From an uncultured Nitrospiraceae bacterium (GTDB lineage Bacteria; Nitrospirota; Thermodesulfovibrionia; Thermodesulfovibrionales; UBA6898), in contig CAWEQH010000001.1 of the NCBI GenBank assembly GCA_963811165.1, forward strand, positions 32,001 to 96,000: DNA of 64,000 nt, in the 5' to 3' direction. The notes under the pieces were generated by a model. That model made no database searches. It had not been told where the DNA came from and saw nothing but the letters and a program-made list of their open reading frames with translations. A program made the position numbers and the translations under genes. This document shows, one piece after another, positions 32,351-42,779 of the stretch (the first letter of the stretch is position 1; every line of letters starts with the position of its first letter).

Positions 32351-32765
32351 TCTTAGGCCAGCTTCCCATGAGACACAGGTTCATCGATTGGATCCCTCGG
32401 CCACTATAGATCGTCGGTCCTATCGCTCCTTAATTCCGCGATTTCGTCCTGAAGTGTTGATCTTAATTTATAACTTACACCTTTTTGCAGATTTTAAATA
32501 GTGAGACTTTGAGGAAGTACGCCGAACTTTCTCCCCGGCCTTCCTGAGGTAATCAGGGAGGTGGCGCAAGGGGCGGGGTTGTTGCGTATGTCGGCGGCGG
32601 TAAGCTTCCTCGCAGGCCATATCACGGGGGTAAGCATAGCCTGACCGTCCTGCGACCCCGGTGACCGGGGCATATTCGATAAACTTTTATCGGAATATTG
32701 ACATCACCAGGTGAGAGCATGTCAGAATCACTTAAAGTCATTTTAGGGTAAGGGAGGATTTTGCA

Positions 32766-33209
32766 ATGAACGGCATGCGGCATATTTATGTAACCATTTC
32801 CGTTTTTTTTCTTCTTTTCAGCATTGCTCCTCGTGCTGACAGCGACGATTACACCGGAGCCAGCGTAACCCTGATCAAGAAAGCCACGATTACTGCAGAC
32901 GGCCGGAAGATGGAGTATCTTAAGACCGACAAGCCCGAGGTCACCGCGCTTTTAGTCGAGCTCCCGCCCGGCGGCGAGACAGGCTGGCACCTCCATCCCG
33001 TGCCGGTTTACGCCTATGTCCTTTCAGGTGTCCTCACCGCAGAAACGGAAAATGGGCAGAGGCGGGACTACAAGGAAGGCGAAGCGATTTTCGAAACGGT
33101 CGATACGCCCCATAACGGAAGAAATCTTGGAAAAATACCCGTCAAACTCATAGTCTTTTATACCGGAGAAGAAGGGAAGCCGGTCACTGTAAGGGTACAA
33201 CATCAATAA
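32766..33209 (+). CDS. Secreted cupin domain protein
   Basis: Signal peptide; GWHLHP...YVLSG...E...PHNGRN. Confidence 0.9.
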   Translation: MNGMRHIYVTISVFFLLFSIAPRADSDDYTGASVTLIKKATITADGRKMEYLKTDKPEVTALLVELPPGGETGWHLHPVPVYAYVLSGVLTAETENGQRRDYKEGEAIFETVDTPHNGRNLGKIPVKLIVFYTGEEGKPVTVRVQHQ

Positions 33210-33231
33210 GATGAGGGAGCGTAACCCGTCT

Positions 33232-34917
33232 TTACTTCCAGGAGACAACGCTGTGTGAGGAGAGGTGGTTCCCGGCCGCTTTACTGTCCATAGGCCGAAA
33301 CAGATAAAACCCCTGTGCGTATTCACCCTTCATATCCTTAAATACATCGAGCTGCTCTACTGTTTCTATCGCTTCGGCAATTACATCGAGGCCCAGGTCG
33401 CGTCCGAGCGCAATTATCGTTTTCACGATTGCCGCATTATTTTTGTCAAAGGTCAGGGCATTGATAAAGGAGCCGTCTATCTTCAGCCCCTTTATGGGAA
33501 AGTGACGCAGGTAATTTAATGCCGAGTATCCGGTGCCGAAGTCGTCGATGTCGAAGCGGACCTTTAGGTCCTCGAATCGCTTCATCACCGCGGCGGCCGG
33601 CTCGGCGTTTTCTATCAGGGTCCTTTCCACTATTTCAAGTCGCAGGCAGCTTCCCTCCAGGCCGGTTTCCTCAAGGACATTCTTGACGAAGTCGAAGAAA
33701 TGGGGCTGAGAGAAGACCTTGCCCGAAACATTTACGCTGACCGTTAAGTCGCGGCAAGCCGGGAACTCTTCCCGCCACTCCTTCAATTGCCGGCATGACT
33801 CCCGGATCGCCCTTTCCCCAAGGGGGATGATAAGGCCGGTTTCTTCTGCGACCGTGATAAACTCCGAAGGGGTAATGATGCCGCGTTCCTCATGCCGCCA
33901 GCGAAGAAGCGCTTCAAATCCGGTGATCTTGTTCTCCTCTACCGATATGATGGGCTGATAATAGACGACAAAATCATTCTGTTCCACGGCCCTTCTCAAC
34001 TCTGTCTCGACCCAGAGTGCCGCGGTCGCCTTGGCATGCATCGCCGGGTCAAAGACCACGTGACATGCCTTGCCCCGCTCCTTCGCATGATACATTGCCG
34101 TGTCGGCGTCGCGAAGAAGCTCCTCGGGTGCTGTATAATCCCCCGCATTGCTCATCACTATCCCTATGCTCATCGTCGTAAATATTTCGCGCCCGAATAT
34201 CGAAAAGGGCGATCTCATTTCAGCGTGGAACCGCTCGGCGATTTCATGGACAACGGATATTTCCCCGGTATCTTCCATGAGAACGGCGAACTCGTCACCG
34301 CCGAAACGGGCGATCGTGTCGACTGACCGGAGGTGTTTCCTAAGCCGCTGAGACAGCAAAACCAATAGCTGGTCCCCGATCACATGTCCCAGGCTGTTGT
34401 TGATGACCTTGAAGCGGTCCAAGTCGAGAAAGAGAATGGCAAAGGAGTAATCCGGATGCCGCTTCCTCCGTGCAAGCGAACTATGCAGATGGTCTATAAA
34501 AAGGGACCGGTTAGGCAGATTCGTCAGGGAATCGTAAAAGGCCTGGCGGGTGAGCAGGTCCCCGGCCTCTTTCCGCTCCCTATTTTCCCGGCTCAGAAGC
34601 TCATTGACCCCCTCCAGCTCGATATTCCGCTGCCGCAGTTCCTTTTCCGCAGCGAGGGCATTCCTGAAAAGTTCCGCCCTCTCGTTGACGAGATAGCCAA
34701 GCGCGGTCAAAATAAATGGAACGAGCAGTGTCAAGGCCCGGAATTTGATGCCCGCATGGTCTACCGACAGGAAATGCCTTAAGAGGCCTTCGTTGAACCC
34801 ATCGTATACGGAAAAGATATCAAGGCCAAGGATAAGTAGTGCAAGAATGACGGCATAAAGCGCCAGCCTGGATAAAACCTTATATTCAGACTCGTCGCTT
34901 ATGGCCCTGTCTCGCAC
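33232..34917 (-). CDS. Membrane-bound diguanylate cyclase/phosphodiesterase (GGDEF-EAL)
   Basis: Two TM helices; DSLTNLPNR, RFGGDEF, EALLRW, DDFGTGYS. Confidence 0.95.
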   Translation of the reverse strand: MRDRAISDESEYKVLSRLALYAVILALLILGLDIFSVYDGFNEGLLRHFLSVDHAGIKFRALTLLVPFILTALGYLVNERAELFRNALAAEKELRQRNIELEGVNELLSRENRERKEAGDLLTRQAFYDSLTNLPNRSLFIDHLHSSLARRKRHPDYSFAILFLDLDRFKVINNSLGHVIGDQLLVLLSQRLRKHLRSVDTIARFGGDEFAVLMEDTGEISVVHEIAERFHAEMRSPFSIFGREIFTTMSIGIVMSNAGDYTAPEELLRDADTAMYHAKERGKACHVVFDPAMHAKATAALWVETELRRAVEQNDFVVYYQPIISVEENKITGFEALLRWRHEERGIITPSEFITVAEETGLIIPLGERAIRESCRQLKEWREEFPACRDLTVSVNVSGKVFSQPHFFDFVKNVLEETGLEGSCLRLEIVERTLIENAEPAAAVMKRFEDLKVRFDIDDFGTGYSALNYLRHFPIKGLKIDGSFINALTFDKNNAAIVKTIIALGRDLGLDVIAEAIETVEQLDVFKDMKGEYAQGFYLFRPMDSKAAGNHLSSHSVVSWK

Positions 34918-35554
34918 GAACCTCTTTCATCCTCTCCCCGTTGCCCTATAACGATCTCAAACAAGGCGCTTCCTCATATGAATGACAGCCCTTTCTTCTC
35001 ATCCCTCATGAAAACAATACATAAATTCAAGTACAATAATTCCAGCGGACGCCCGATAAGTCAAATTAAGTTTTTTTAATGATTCTCAGAAATTCAGGCG
35101 ACCCACTTGCGAAGGTATTTAAAGAATTCTGAGGAATATGTTTTGTCACGTCTTTGCCTGCACTACCTTTGTCCCGACACGGACCATCCAATGTTTGAAG
35201 CACCGACTACTTCTCAGGTATTGCGAATCGAAACTGTATCGAAGTTACATTCGGAAAAAAACACAGTCCGGATTGATTCCAAAATGTCACTTTCTTCCTA
35301 AACATCGCACCTAAGGTCAGACCTCCAAAATGATAGCTTCCAATCAGAAAAAAACAGCCCGACCACAACAAATTCATCCAGAAATAAACGCCTGTCAGCG
35401 CCATCTTCCTTTGGGCTGTTCATCACGAAGTTGCACCTTTCTGGAAGTCCAACAAATTACCAGTAATTCCCGTAGCCCTATCTGAGTGTGATACAATGAG
35501 ATCGGGAAATGACGTGGGGAGCTATCGTGATGAAAGGTTGAAAGAAGATGGGTT

Positions 35555-38263
35555 ATGAAGATAAACAAAACAGATATTCCTGAAGTCATAAGAGTCATAC
35601 TGAAAGACGGACATACCTTTAAGGTCAGACCCATCGGATCTGACGACCGGGAAAAACTCAGAACATTTTTCTACCGGCTGAGCCCTCAGTCCCGGTATTT
35701 ACGGTTCGGCTATACTAAGGAATACATTACCGAGCAGGAGCTTGTTCATTTTACGCAGCTGAATCCCCCCGATACTTATGCGTATGTCGGGCTCGGCGGC
35801 GAGGGAGATGCCGAAGTTATCCGCGCGGTCGGTCGATGGTTCCTTGAGTCGGACAAAAAATCTGCTGAAATAGCATTTGCGGTTGAAGACAACATCCAGA
35901 CACAAGGCATCGGGACTGCACTGCTCGAAAAACTCGCGGAAGCCGCAGCCAGATATAAGATCAGGAAATTTGTGGCCTACGTGCTTCCAGAAAACACCCG
36001 TATGCTCAGTTTGTTTGAAGAGAGCGGATTCCTGCTGACGAAGAGGATTAACGAAGGCAGATATGAGATCATCTTGGACCTGGAGGAACAGGAAGAGTTT
36101 TCAAAAAGGCAGGAGCGCCGTGAACATACAGCCCGTTCATCCGGTATGCGGCGCGTCGTGTACCCCAAGAGTGTCGCAGTAGTCGGCGCATCCCGCGACC
36201 CCGAGAGCATCGGGGGTAAGGTCTTTCGCAATCTTCTCTACAGCAACTTCAACGGTACAATTTTTCCGGTCAACCCGAAAGCAGCTTCCATCAATGGTGT
36301 GCTATGCTATCCGACGATTGCTGAGGTTCCGGGGAATATTGATCTTGTCGTCATCGTCGTTCCCGCAAATATGGTGCTTGATGTCATTGATCAGTGCGGC
36401 AAAAGGGGGGTCTGGGGGGTACTTGTAATATCTTCAGGTTTTTCAGAGGTAGGAGATGAGGGCAAAGAGCGACAGAGACTTCTCAGGGAAAAAGTACTTT
36501 CATACGGTATGCGCTGCATTGGTCCTAATTGCTTGGGCATTATGAATACAGATCCCCAGGTGAATTTAAATGCAACCTTTGCTCCCACGTATCCACCCCG
36601 CGGGGTCATGAGCATCGGGACCCACAGCGGGGCTCTGGGCCTGGCGCTGCTGGACTACGCAAAAAACAACAACCTTGGCATTGCCCACTTTGCAAGCATC
36701 GGTAATCGTGTCGACATCTCGTCTAACGACCTGCTGGAGTTCTGGGAGGACGATGAAAATACCAAGGTCATACTCCTCTACCTTGAAACCTTTGGCAATA
36801 CGAGAAAGTTCAGCCGCATATCACGACGCATTTCAGGCAAAAAACCGATCATCGCCGTGAAATCCGGGCGAAGTGAGGCGGGCAGCAGAGCAGCCAGTTC
36901 TCATACGGGGGCTCTTGCCGCATCGGATGTTGCGGCGGATGTTTTGTTCAGAAAAGCAGGCGTCATAAGGGTCGACACTATAGAGGAAATGTTCAATGTC
37001 GCAAAGGGATTGGCCAGTCAACCTCTCCCTCTCGGACCTAACGTGGCAATTCTCACCAATGCAGGGGGACCGGGGGTCCTCACGGCTGATGCGGCGATAG
37101 GATGGGGGCTTGCAGTCCCGCCGCTTTCTGCGCAGACTCAGCAGAGGCTTTCCACCTTTTTGCCAAGGGAAGCGGCAGTCGCTAACCCTGTTGACATGAT
37201 CTCATCCGCCCCCGGCGAACACTTTAAAAAGGCCCTGAAAGTACTCCTTGATGCAGAAGAGATAGACAGCATCATTGTTGTTAATATCCCGCTGAGATCA
37301 CCGGAGGAGGTGGCCGCAGGAATAAGAGGAGCCCTGGAAGACTACCGGGGAGATAAGCCTGTGCTCGCATGTTTCATGATGTCGGATACCACCGCTGTCA
37401 GGTTAACGCTTGACAATGGCATGAACATCCCCCTGTATGTGTTTCCGGAGGATGCGGTAAAGGCTCTTTCACGTGCATGGCCTTATGCCCAGTACAGAAA
37501 GCTTGATATTGGCAGATTTGTTGCATTTGCAGATATCGATGAAGAGAGTGCCCGACGTTATCTCATCAGTCAGAATGTTGCCACGAATCACGGCGGCTGG
37601 CTCCCGCAGGAAGTTGCTTCCGGCCTGCTGAAAGAATATGGCATTCCGGTTGTGGAGACACGATATGCAAAGAGTGTATTGGAAGCAGCGGAAGCTGCCA
37701 GCGATATTGGCTTCCCCATCGCCATGAAACTCCGCTCGTCAACAATTACGCACAAAACTGATGTTGGCGGAATTGTCTTGAATATTCAGAATAAGGCGGA
37801 GGCTGAACAGGCTTTTACGACTATCAGAACCCGTCTTGATAAGGCCGGTCACATCGCTGATTTTGAAGGGGTCGTTGTACAGCCTATGCTTCCGGGCGGG
37901 CAGGAGGTTATTGTCGGCATGTCTAGTGATTCGGTATTCGGGCCGCTTATCATGATTGGCATGGGGGGAGTGTACGTCGAGCTGAACAAGGATGTCGCCT
38001 TTGCGCTTCATCCTCTGACCGATAGGGATCCGGATGTCATGCTCTCGCAGCTTAAGAGCCTTCCTCTTCTGACGGGTTGGCGGGGGAGCGCACCAAAGGA
38101 TCTGGATGCTCTCAGAGAAATTCTACTCAGATTTTCCGCAATGATAGAAGATTTTCCTGAGATTTCAGAAATGGAAATAAATCCGCTCATGGTTTTTGAT
38201 AACCAGAATGGGTGTGCTGTTGTTGACGCGCGCATTTTATTTACAAGCCAAGACTTCGTTTGA
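35555..38263 (+). CDS. GNAT + CoA-binding/ATP-grasp fusion (protein lysine acetyltransferase Pat / NDP-forming acyl-CoA synthetase family)
   Basis: N-terminal GNAT (AEIAFAVED..Q.QGIGT), VAVVGAS, GPNCLG, SHTGAL, TNAGG, HKTDVGG, EINPL. Confidence 0.9.
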   Translation: MKINKTDIPEVIRVILKDGHTFKVRPIGSDDREKLRTFFYRLSPQSRYLRFGYTKEYITEQELVHFTQLNPPDTYAYVGLGGEGDAEVIRAVGRWFLESDKKSAEIAFAVEDNIQTQGIGTALLEKLAEAAARYKIRKFVAYVLPENTRMLSLFEESGFLLTKRINEGRYEIILDLEEQEEFSKRQERREHTARSSGMRRVVYPKSVAVVGASRDPESIGGKVFRNLLYSNFNGTIFPVNPKAASINGVLCYPTIAEVPGNIDLVVIVVPANMVLDVIDQCGKRGVWGVLVISSGFSEVGDEGKERQRLLREKVLSYGMRCIGPNCLGIMNTDPQVNLNATFAPTYPPRGVMSIGTHSGALGLALLDYAKNNNLGIAHFASIGNRVDISSNDLLEFWEDDENTKVILLYLETFGNTRKFSRISRRISGKKPIIAVKSGRSEAGSRAASSHTGALAASDVAADVLFRKAGVIRVDTIEEMFNVAKGLASQPLPLGPNVAILTNAGGPGVLTADAAIGWGLAVPPLSAQTQQRLSTFLPREAAVANPVDMISSAPGEHFKKALKVLLDAEEIDSIIVVNIPLRSPEEVAAGIRGALEDYRGDKPVLACFMMSDTTAVRLTLDNGMNIPLYVFPEDAVKALSRAWPYAQYRKLDIGRFVAFADIDEESARRYLISQNVATNHGGWLPQEVASGLLKEYGIPVVETRYAKSVLEAAEAASDIGFPIAMKLRSSTITHKTDVGGIVLNIQNKAEAEQAFTTIRTRLDKAGHIADFEGVVVQPMLPGGQEVIVGMSSDSVFGPLIMIGMGGVYVELNKDVAFALHPLTDRDPDVMLSQLKSLPLLTGWRGSAPKDLDALREILLRFSAMIEDFPEISEMEINPLMVFDNQNGCAVVDARILFTSQDFV

Positions 38264-38715
38264 AAAGGGCCTTTTGGAATCGGTTATTGGAATATCAAGA
38301 GCGGGAGGTAACAAATATTTTCAGGTTCGTATGGTTCATTCCATAATCGGGAGCCACGGGCCTGCGAGGAAAAAACAAGAGTAGCTGAGACAAACGTTCT
38401 CACGTCGTCTGAAAGGTTTCATATTCCATTCGTAATCTTCATTGAGTTTCGTCCGTGTGAAACTAAGGACTCGGTGAACTAAACAATCGAGGGGATCACG
38501 CCCTGTTTAAATGACTGTTATCAACACTCTGTCGGCATGCTCTAATGGTGCGTAATACTTCTGGAATAAGACATCGGGGATATTGAATGGTTATGGCGGA
38601 GCTTATAACAAGAAATACACCCAAGATCTGTCCGGTCCCCAATATTGATTTGTAAGCCCGGCAGTACTATGATGTAATTAGAGCCAAACAACAAAGTCAT
38701 CGGCAGGAGGAAGTT

Positions 38716-39153
38716 ATGGGAGTTAAGGTCTTGTTTGCAGGTCCGGCAGTTGAGATTGACGGAGTTAAATACCACCATCATCCCAACGGTGGCGGTCTGG
38801 TCGCTGAGACAGCGGATGTTGCAGTAACAGCTTTCATAGGCCCTTTTGCAAAAATATGCGGCAAGGCAAGGGTATCTGATGAGGCATTTGTATTCGGCAC
38901 CGCCTGGATCTTCGATAACGCTGAGGTAAGGGATAATGCCCAGGTTTTTGGTAACGCAAAAGTTTTTGGAGATGCGAGGATATGTGATGATGCAAAAGTT
39001 TATGGCTTTTCTTCAGTTTTTGGAGATGCAAAGGTTTCAGGCTTTGCAGAGGTTTTTGATTTCGCGGAAGTCTCAGATGACTCCAGAGTTTGCTGGAAAG
39101 CTAAGGTCTCAGGCGGGGCAAAGATAACCGGAGAGGCCATAGTAGAAAAGTAG
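38716..39153 (+). CDS. Hexapeptide-repeat (left-handed beta-helix) protein
   Basis: HPNGGG motif followed by many [DN]AxVxG repeats; AGGAGG RBS. Confidence 0.8.
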   Translation: MGVKVLFAGPAVEIDGVKYHHHPNGGGLVAETADVAVTAFIGPFAKICGKARVSDEAFVFGTAWIFDNAEVRDNAQVFGNAKVFGDARICDDAKVYGFSSVFGDAKVSGFAEVFDFAEVSDDSRVCWKAKVSGGAKITGEAIVEK

Positions 39154-39267
39154 GGATGGAACCTGGGATATGGTCATCATTCAGAAATAGCGGGGCCTGA
39201 ACTCTGGACTTGCTCGGCAAAAAGGATCCCTTAGCCGGGAAAAATAAGTTTACCCAGGCTTCGTTAT

Positions 39268-39300
39268 AAAAGCCCCTTGAAGTGATTATGAGGGGCTTTT
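39268..39300. terminator. Bidirectional intrinsic terminator
   Basis: AAAAGCCCCT...AGGGGCTTTT. Confidence 0.7.
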
Positions 39301-39388
39301 GCTTTGGACAGCATTTACCTCTTACTGACCATCCATCATGAGCTTAAAACGAACGAAAAGATTCTCTTGAAAGATAGTATAAAGAAGA

Positions 39389-39631
39389 TTGTTGGACAAC
39401 TTCAGATCTGACCCAAATCACCTTCTTGCTTTAGGAATATTTTTCACTATAGTTGGCGTCATTACTACTGGAGCCGGTACTATTCGTTCCTCTAGAATTC
39501 AGGCCGAAAGAGCCGATGCTGAGGCAGAGTCACAGCTGCGTCTTAGAGAGAAAAGTGATGAAATAGCAGCATTAAATCGTCAGATTGCGGATAGTCAGAG
39601 GAGCGGATTCTTCTTGGTAAGCTGTCGCTGA
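39389..39631 (+). CDS. Short hypothetical TM + coiled-coil ORF, possibly a truncated remnant
   Basis: TTG start, AT-rich, ends abruptly near the fumC stop. Confidence 0.35.
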   Translation: MLDNFRSDPNHLLALGIFFTIVGVITTGAGTIRSSRIQAERADAEAESQLRLREKSDEIAALNRQIADSQRSGFFLVSCR

Positions 39632-39643
39632 AGACTGCTTTTC

Positions 39644-41035
39644 TTAATCGCCCTGACCCGTCATCGTCTGCGGGTCGAGCAGCTTTTCAATCTCTCTTGC
39701 TGAAAGGCCGGTCATCTCTACGGCGACTTCCTTGATCGGTCTTCGCTCAGCATATGCCTTCTTCGCGATCTCCGCTGCCTTATCATAGCCGATGATGGGG
39801 ACGAGCGCGGTCACTAAGATAGGGTTATGACCGAGGACCTCCGCTATCCGCTCCCTGTTGACCGAAAAACCCGAGACCGCTTTTTCAGCGAGCAGCCTGG
39901 CGGCGTTCCCCAAAAGGGTAATGGACTGAAGAAGATTATGGCCGATAAGAGGAAGCATGATGTTTAGCTCAAACTCACTCCGGCTGTTGCCGATCGTCAC
40001 CGCGCTGTCGTTTGCGATCACCTGAACACATGCCATGATCACCGCCTCAGGGACAACAGGGTTTGTCTTGCCGGGCATGATGCTCGACCCAGGCTGAAGA
40101 GGCGGCAGCAGGATCTCTGAGAAGCCTGCGTAAGGGCCGCTGTTCATCAGCCTGAGATCGTTTGCGATCTTCATTAACGATGAGGCCGATGTCTTCAGCC
40201 GTCCGCTGAATTCCGCCGCCGTATCCATCGTAGCCTGGCCGGCAAAGTGGTTCTCCGTCTCCGAAAAAGACAGCCCGGTTCGTTCGGTCAGTTTGGCCGC
40301 CATTTTCCTTCCGAATGCCGGATGGCTGTTTACCCCTGTCCCCACCGCTGTCCCCCCGATCGCAAGTTTTCCCATACCCGGGAGGGCAGAACGTATCCTT
40401 TCTTCACTCTGCCTCACTTGATAGGCCCACCCGCCGATCTCCTGCCCAAGGGTCAGGGGCATCGCATCCATCAGGTGCGTACGCCCGGTCTTGACTACTC
40501 GCGACAACTCCTCCGCCCGGACCCGCAATGCTGCAGCGAGACCGGCCAATGCAGGCAGAAGGTTCTCGACGGTCTCCAAATACGCGCTGATATGTATAGC
40601 GGCCGGAATCACGTCATTTGACGACTGGCCGAGGTTTACGTGGTCGTTCGGATGGACCGCTCCGGAGCCTACCCCTTTTCCCATAAGCTCCGAGGCACGG
40701 TTGGCGATCACCTCATTGGCGTTCATGTTCGTGGAGGTGCCTGATCCGGTCTGAAAGATATCTACCGGGAAGTCTTCGTCCCATCGGCCTGCCGCGACCT
40801 CGTCTGCCGCCTGCCGGACAGCACAGGCCCTGCCGCCGTCGAGCAGGCCAAGCTCGGAATTCACGTCGGCCGCACAGCCCTTTATAAGCCCTAGTGAACG
40901 GATAAATATCCGGGGAAAACGTATCCCGCTTACCGTAAAATTATCGACGGCGCGCTGGGTCTGCGGCCCGTACATCGCACCTGCGGGGACCCTCACCTCG
41001 CCCAGGGAGTCCCTCTCCACGCGGAAATCAGCCAT
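39644..41035 (-). CDS. fumC: Class II fumarate hydratase
   Basis: FRVERDSLGEV, QTGSGTSTNMNANEV, HPNDHVNLGQSSND, GRTHLMDA, GSSIMPGKTNP. Confidence 0.93.
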   Translation of the reverse strand: MADFRVERDSLGEVRVPAGAMYGPQTQRAVDNFTVSGIRFPRIFIRSLGLIKGCAADVNSELGLLDGGRACAVRQAADEVAAGRWDEDFPVDIFQTGSGTSTNMNANEVIANRASELMGKGVGSGAVHPNDHVNLGQSSNDVIPAAIHISAYLETVENLLPALAGLAAALRVRAEELSRVVKTGRTHLMDAMPLTLGQEIGGWAYQVRQSEERIRSALPGMGKLAIGGTAVGTGVNSHPAFGRKMAAKLTERTGLSFSETENHFAGQATMDTAAEFSGRLKTSASSLMKIANDLRLMNSGPYAGFSEILLPPLQPGSSIMPGKTNPVVPEAVIMACVQVIANDSAVTIGNSRSEFELNIMLPLIGHNLLQSITLLGNAARLLAEKAVSGFSVNRERIAEVLGHNPILVTALVPIIGYDKAAEIAKKAYAERRPIKEVAVEMTGLSAREIEKLLDPQTMTGQGD

Positions 41036-41297
41036 AACGATTTCTCCGGCGGCCGACAGGACCGGGGCCGACAATGACGGGAATAAGATCATGATTCATA
41101 AATCCATTATACAGGAAGAGCCCGATTCTGCAATCGAATATGCTGTCCTCACGCGCACATGTTTGATCAGGCCCCCCTGCATTTTAGGATTAAGTAAAAA
41201 AAGCTTACGACTAGTAATGGGCAGCCCGCAATATTTCGGATGAATTACGAAGCATGCTGTGGGATAATAGCGTTATACCACTAATGAGGAGACAACC

Positions 41298-42704
41298 ATG
41301 GCACAGGTTCCAAGTCCCAGTTACAGCATCACGATCAGGGCCGAGATAGAAAACCGCATCGGCATGTTTGCGCAGATAGCCACGGCCATAAGTCAGGCCG
41401 GGGGAGACCTCGGGTCCGTTGACATAGTCCGCGCGGAAAAGGGAAAGATCGTCAGGGACATCACGGTCAACGCGCGAAACGAAGAGCATGAAAAGGCCAT
41501 CGTAAAATCGATAAAAAAAATTGCCGGGATGCAAGTCATCAGGGTAATGGACCGGACCTTTTCCGCCCATCGAGGCGGCAAGATCGAGATACACAGCAAG
41601 CTGGCGATAAGGGACAGGAATGATCTTTCGATGGTGTACACCCCGGGCGTGGCAAGGGTCTGCATGGACATCCATGATAATAAGGAACACGCGTACCGCT
41701 ACACCATAAAGGGCAATTCGGTCGCGATAGTGACCGACGGGTCGGCCGTGCTCGGGCTTGGGGACATCGGTCCCGAGGCGGCGATGCCGGTCATGGAGGG
41801 AAAGTCGATGATCTTCAAGGAATTCGCGGACATCGACGCCTTTCCTATCGCGCTTGGGACAAAGGACCCCGAAGAGATCATCGCTGCCGTCAGGAGCATC
41901 TCTCCTTCTTTCGGAGGGATAAACCTCGAAGATATCTCGGCGCCGCGATGCTTCGAGGTCGAAAGCAGGTTAAGGAAGATGCTCGATATTCCGGTTTTCC
42001 ACGATGACCAGCACGGCACTGCCGTAGTAGTCCTTGCCGCGCTCATCAACGTCGGCAGGCTCCTGAAAAAAGATATAACAAAACTCCGGATCGTCATCTC
42101 AGGGGCCGGCGCAGCCGGCGCTGCAAATGCCTTTATGCTCTCGTCTTACGGAGTGAAGGATATTGTCGTATGTGACAGGACAGGCGCGATATATACGGGA
42201 AGAAAAAATAATATGACCGTATACAAGAAAATCCTGGCCAGCAAAACCAACCTCAAAAAGATAAGGGGCTGCATCTCCGAGGCGGTCACCGGGGCGGACG
42301 TCTTCGTCGGTCTGTCCGCCCCCAATGTCTTCACGCCGGATGATGTGAAGAAGATGGCAAAGGACAGGGTCGTCTTTGCGCTTGCAAACCCGGAACCCGA
42401 GATATCTCCTGAGGAGGCCTTGCCTTTAGTCAGGGTACTTGCCACGGGCAGGTCCGACTACCCCAACCAGATCAACAACATGCTCGGCTTTCCCGGGATA
42501 TTCAGAGGGCTTTTAGATGTGCGGGCGACAGGGGTCAACGAGGAGATAAAGTTTGCCGCTGCCAAGGCCATCGCCCATACGGTCAAAAATGACGAACTGC
42601 ATGAGGATTACATCATCCCGAGTATCTTCGACAAAAGCGTGGTCTCCGCCGTTGCCCACGCGGTCGCTGAAGTCGCAAAAAAGACGGGGCTTGCGAGGCA
42701 GTAA
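41298..42704 (+). CDS. NAD(P)-dependent malic enzyme with N-terminal ACT domain
   Basis: YTPGVA, TDGSAVLGLGDIG, INLEDISAPRCF, FHDDQHGTA, ATGRSDYPNQINN. Confidence 0.93.
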   Translation: MAQVPSPSYSITIRAEIENRIGMFAQIATAISQAGGDLGSVDIVRAEKGKIVRDITVNARNEEHEKAIVKSIKKIAGMQVIRVMDRTFSAHRGGKIEIHSKLAIRDRNDLSMVYTPGVARVCMDIHDNKEHAYRYTIKGNSVAIVTDGSAVLGLGDIGPEAAMPVMEGKSMIFKEFADIDAFPIALGTKDPEEIIAAVRSISPSFGGINLEDISAPRCFEVESRLRKMLDIPVFHDDQHGTAVVVLAALINVGRLLKKDITKLRIVISGAGAAGAANAFMLSSYGVKDIVVCDRTGAIYTGRKNNMTVYKKILASKTNLKKIRGCISEAVTGADVFVGLSAPNVFTPDDVKKMAKDRVVFALANPEPEISPEEALPLVRVLATGRSDYPNQINNMLGFPGIFRGLLDVRATGVNEEIKFAAAKAIAHTVKNDELHEDYIIPSIFDKSVVSAVAHAVAEVAKKTGLARQ

Positions 42705-42779
42705 GCGGTCTCATATCTTCTTTTACTCAGACCGCTCCAGAGGGATTTTTGGACTCATGTCATCCCGCTCACTATCCAT

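Noticed and set aside
38441..38480. Hammerhead-ribozyme-like GA-GTCC...GGAC-GAAAC on the minus strand
   Set aside because: The required CUGANGA core reads TCACCGA, and I found no convincing stems I/III
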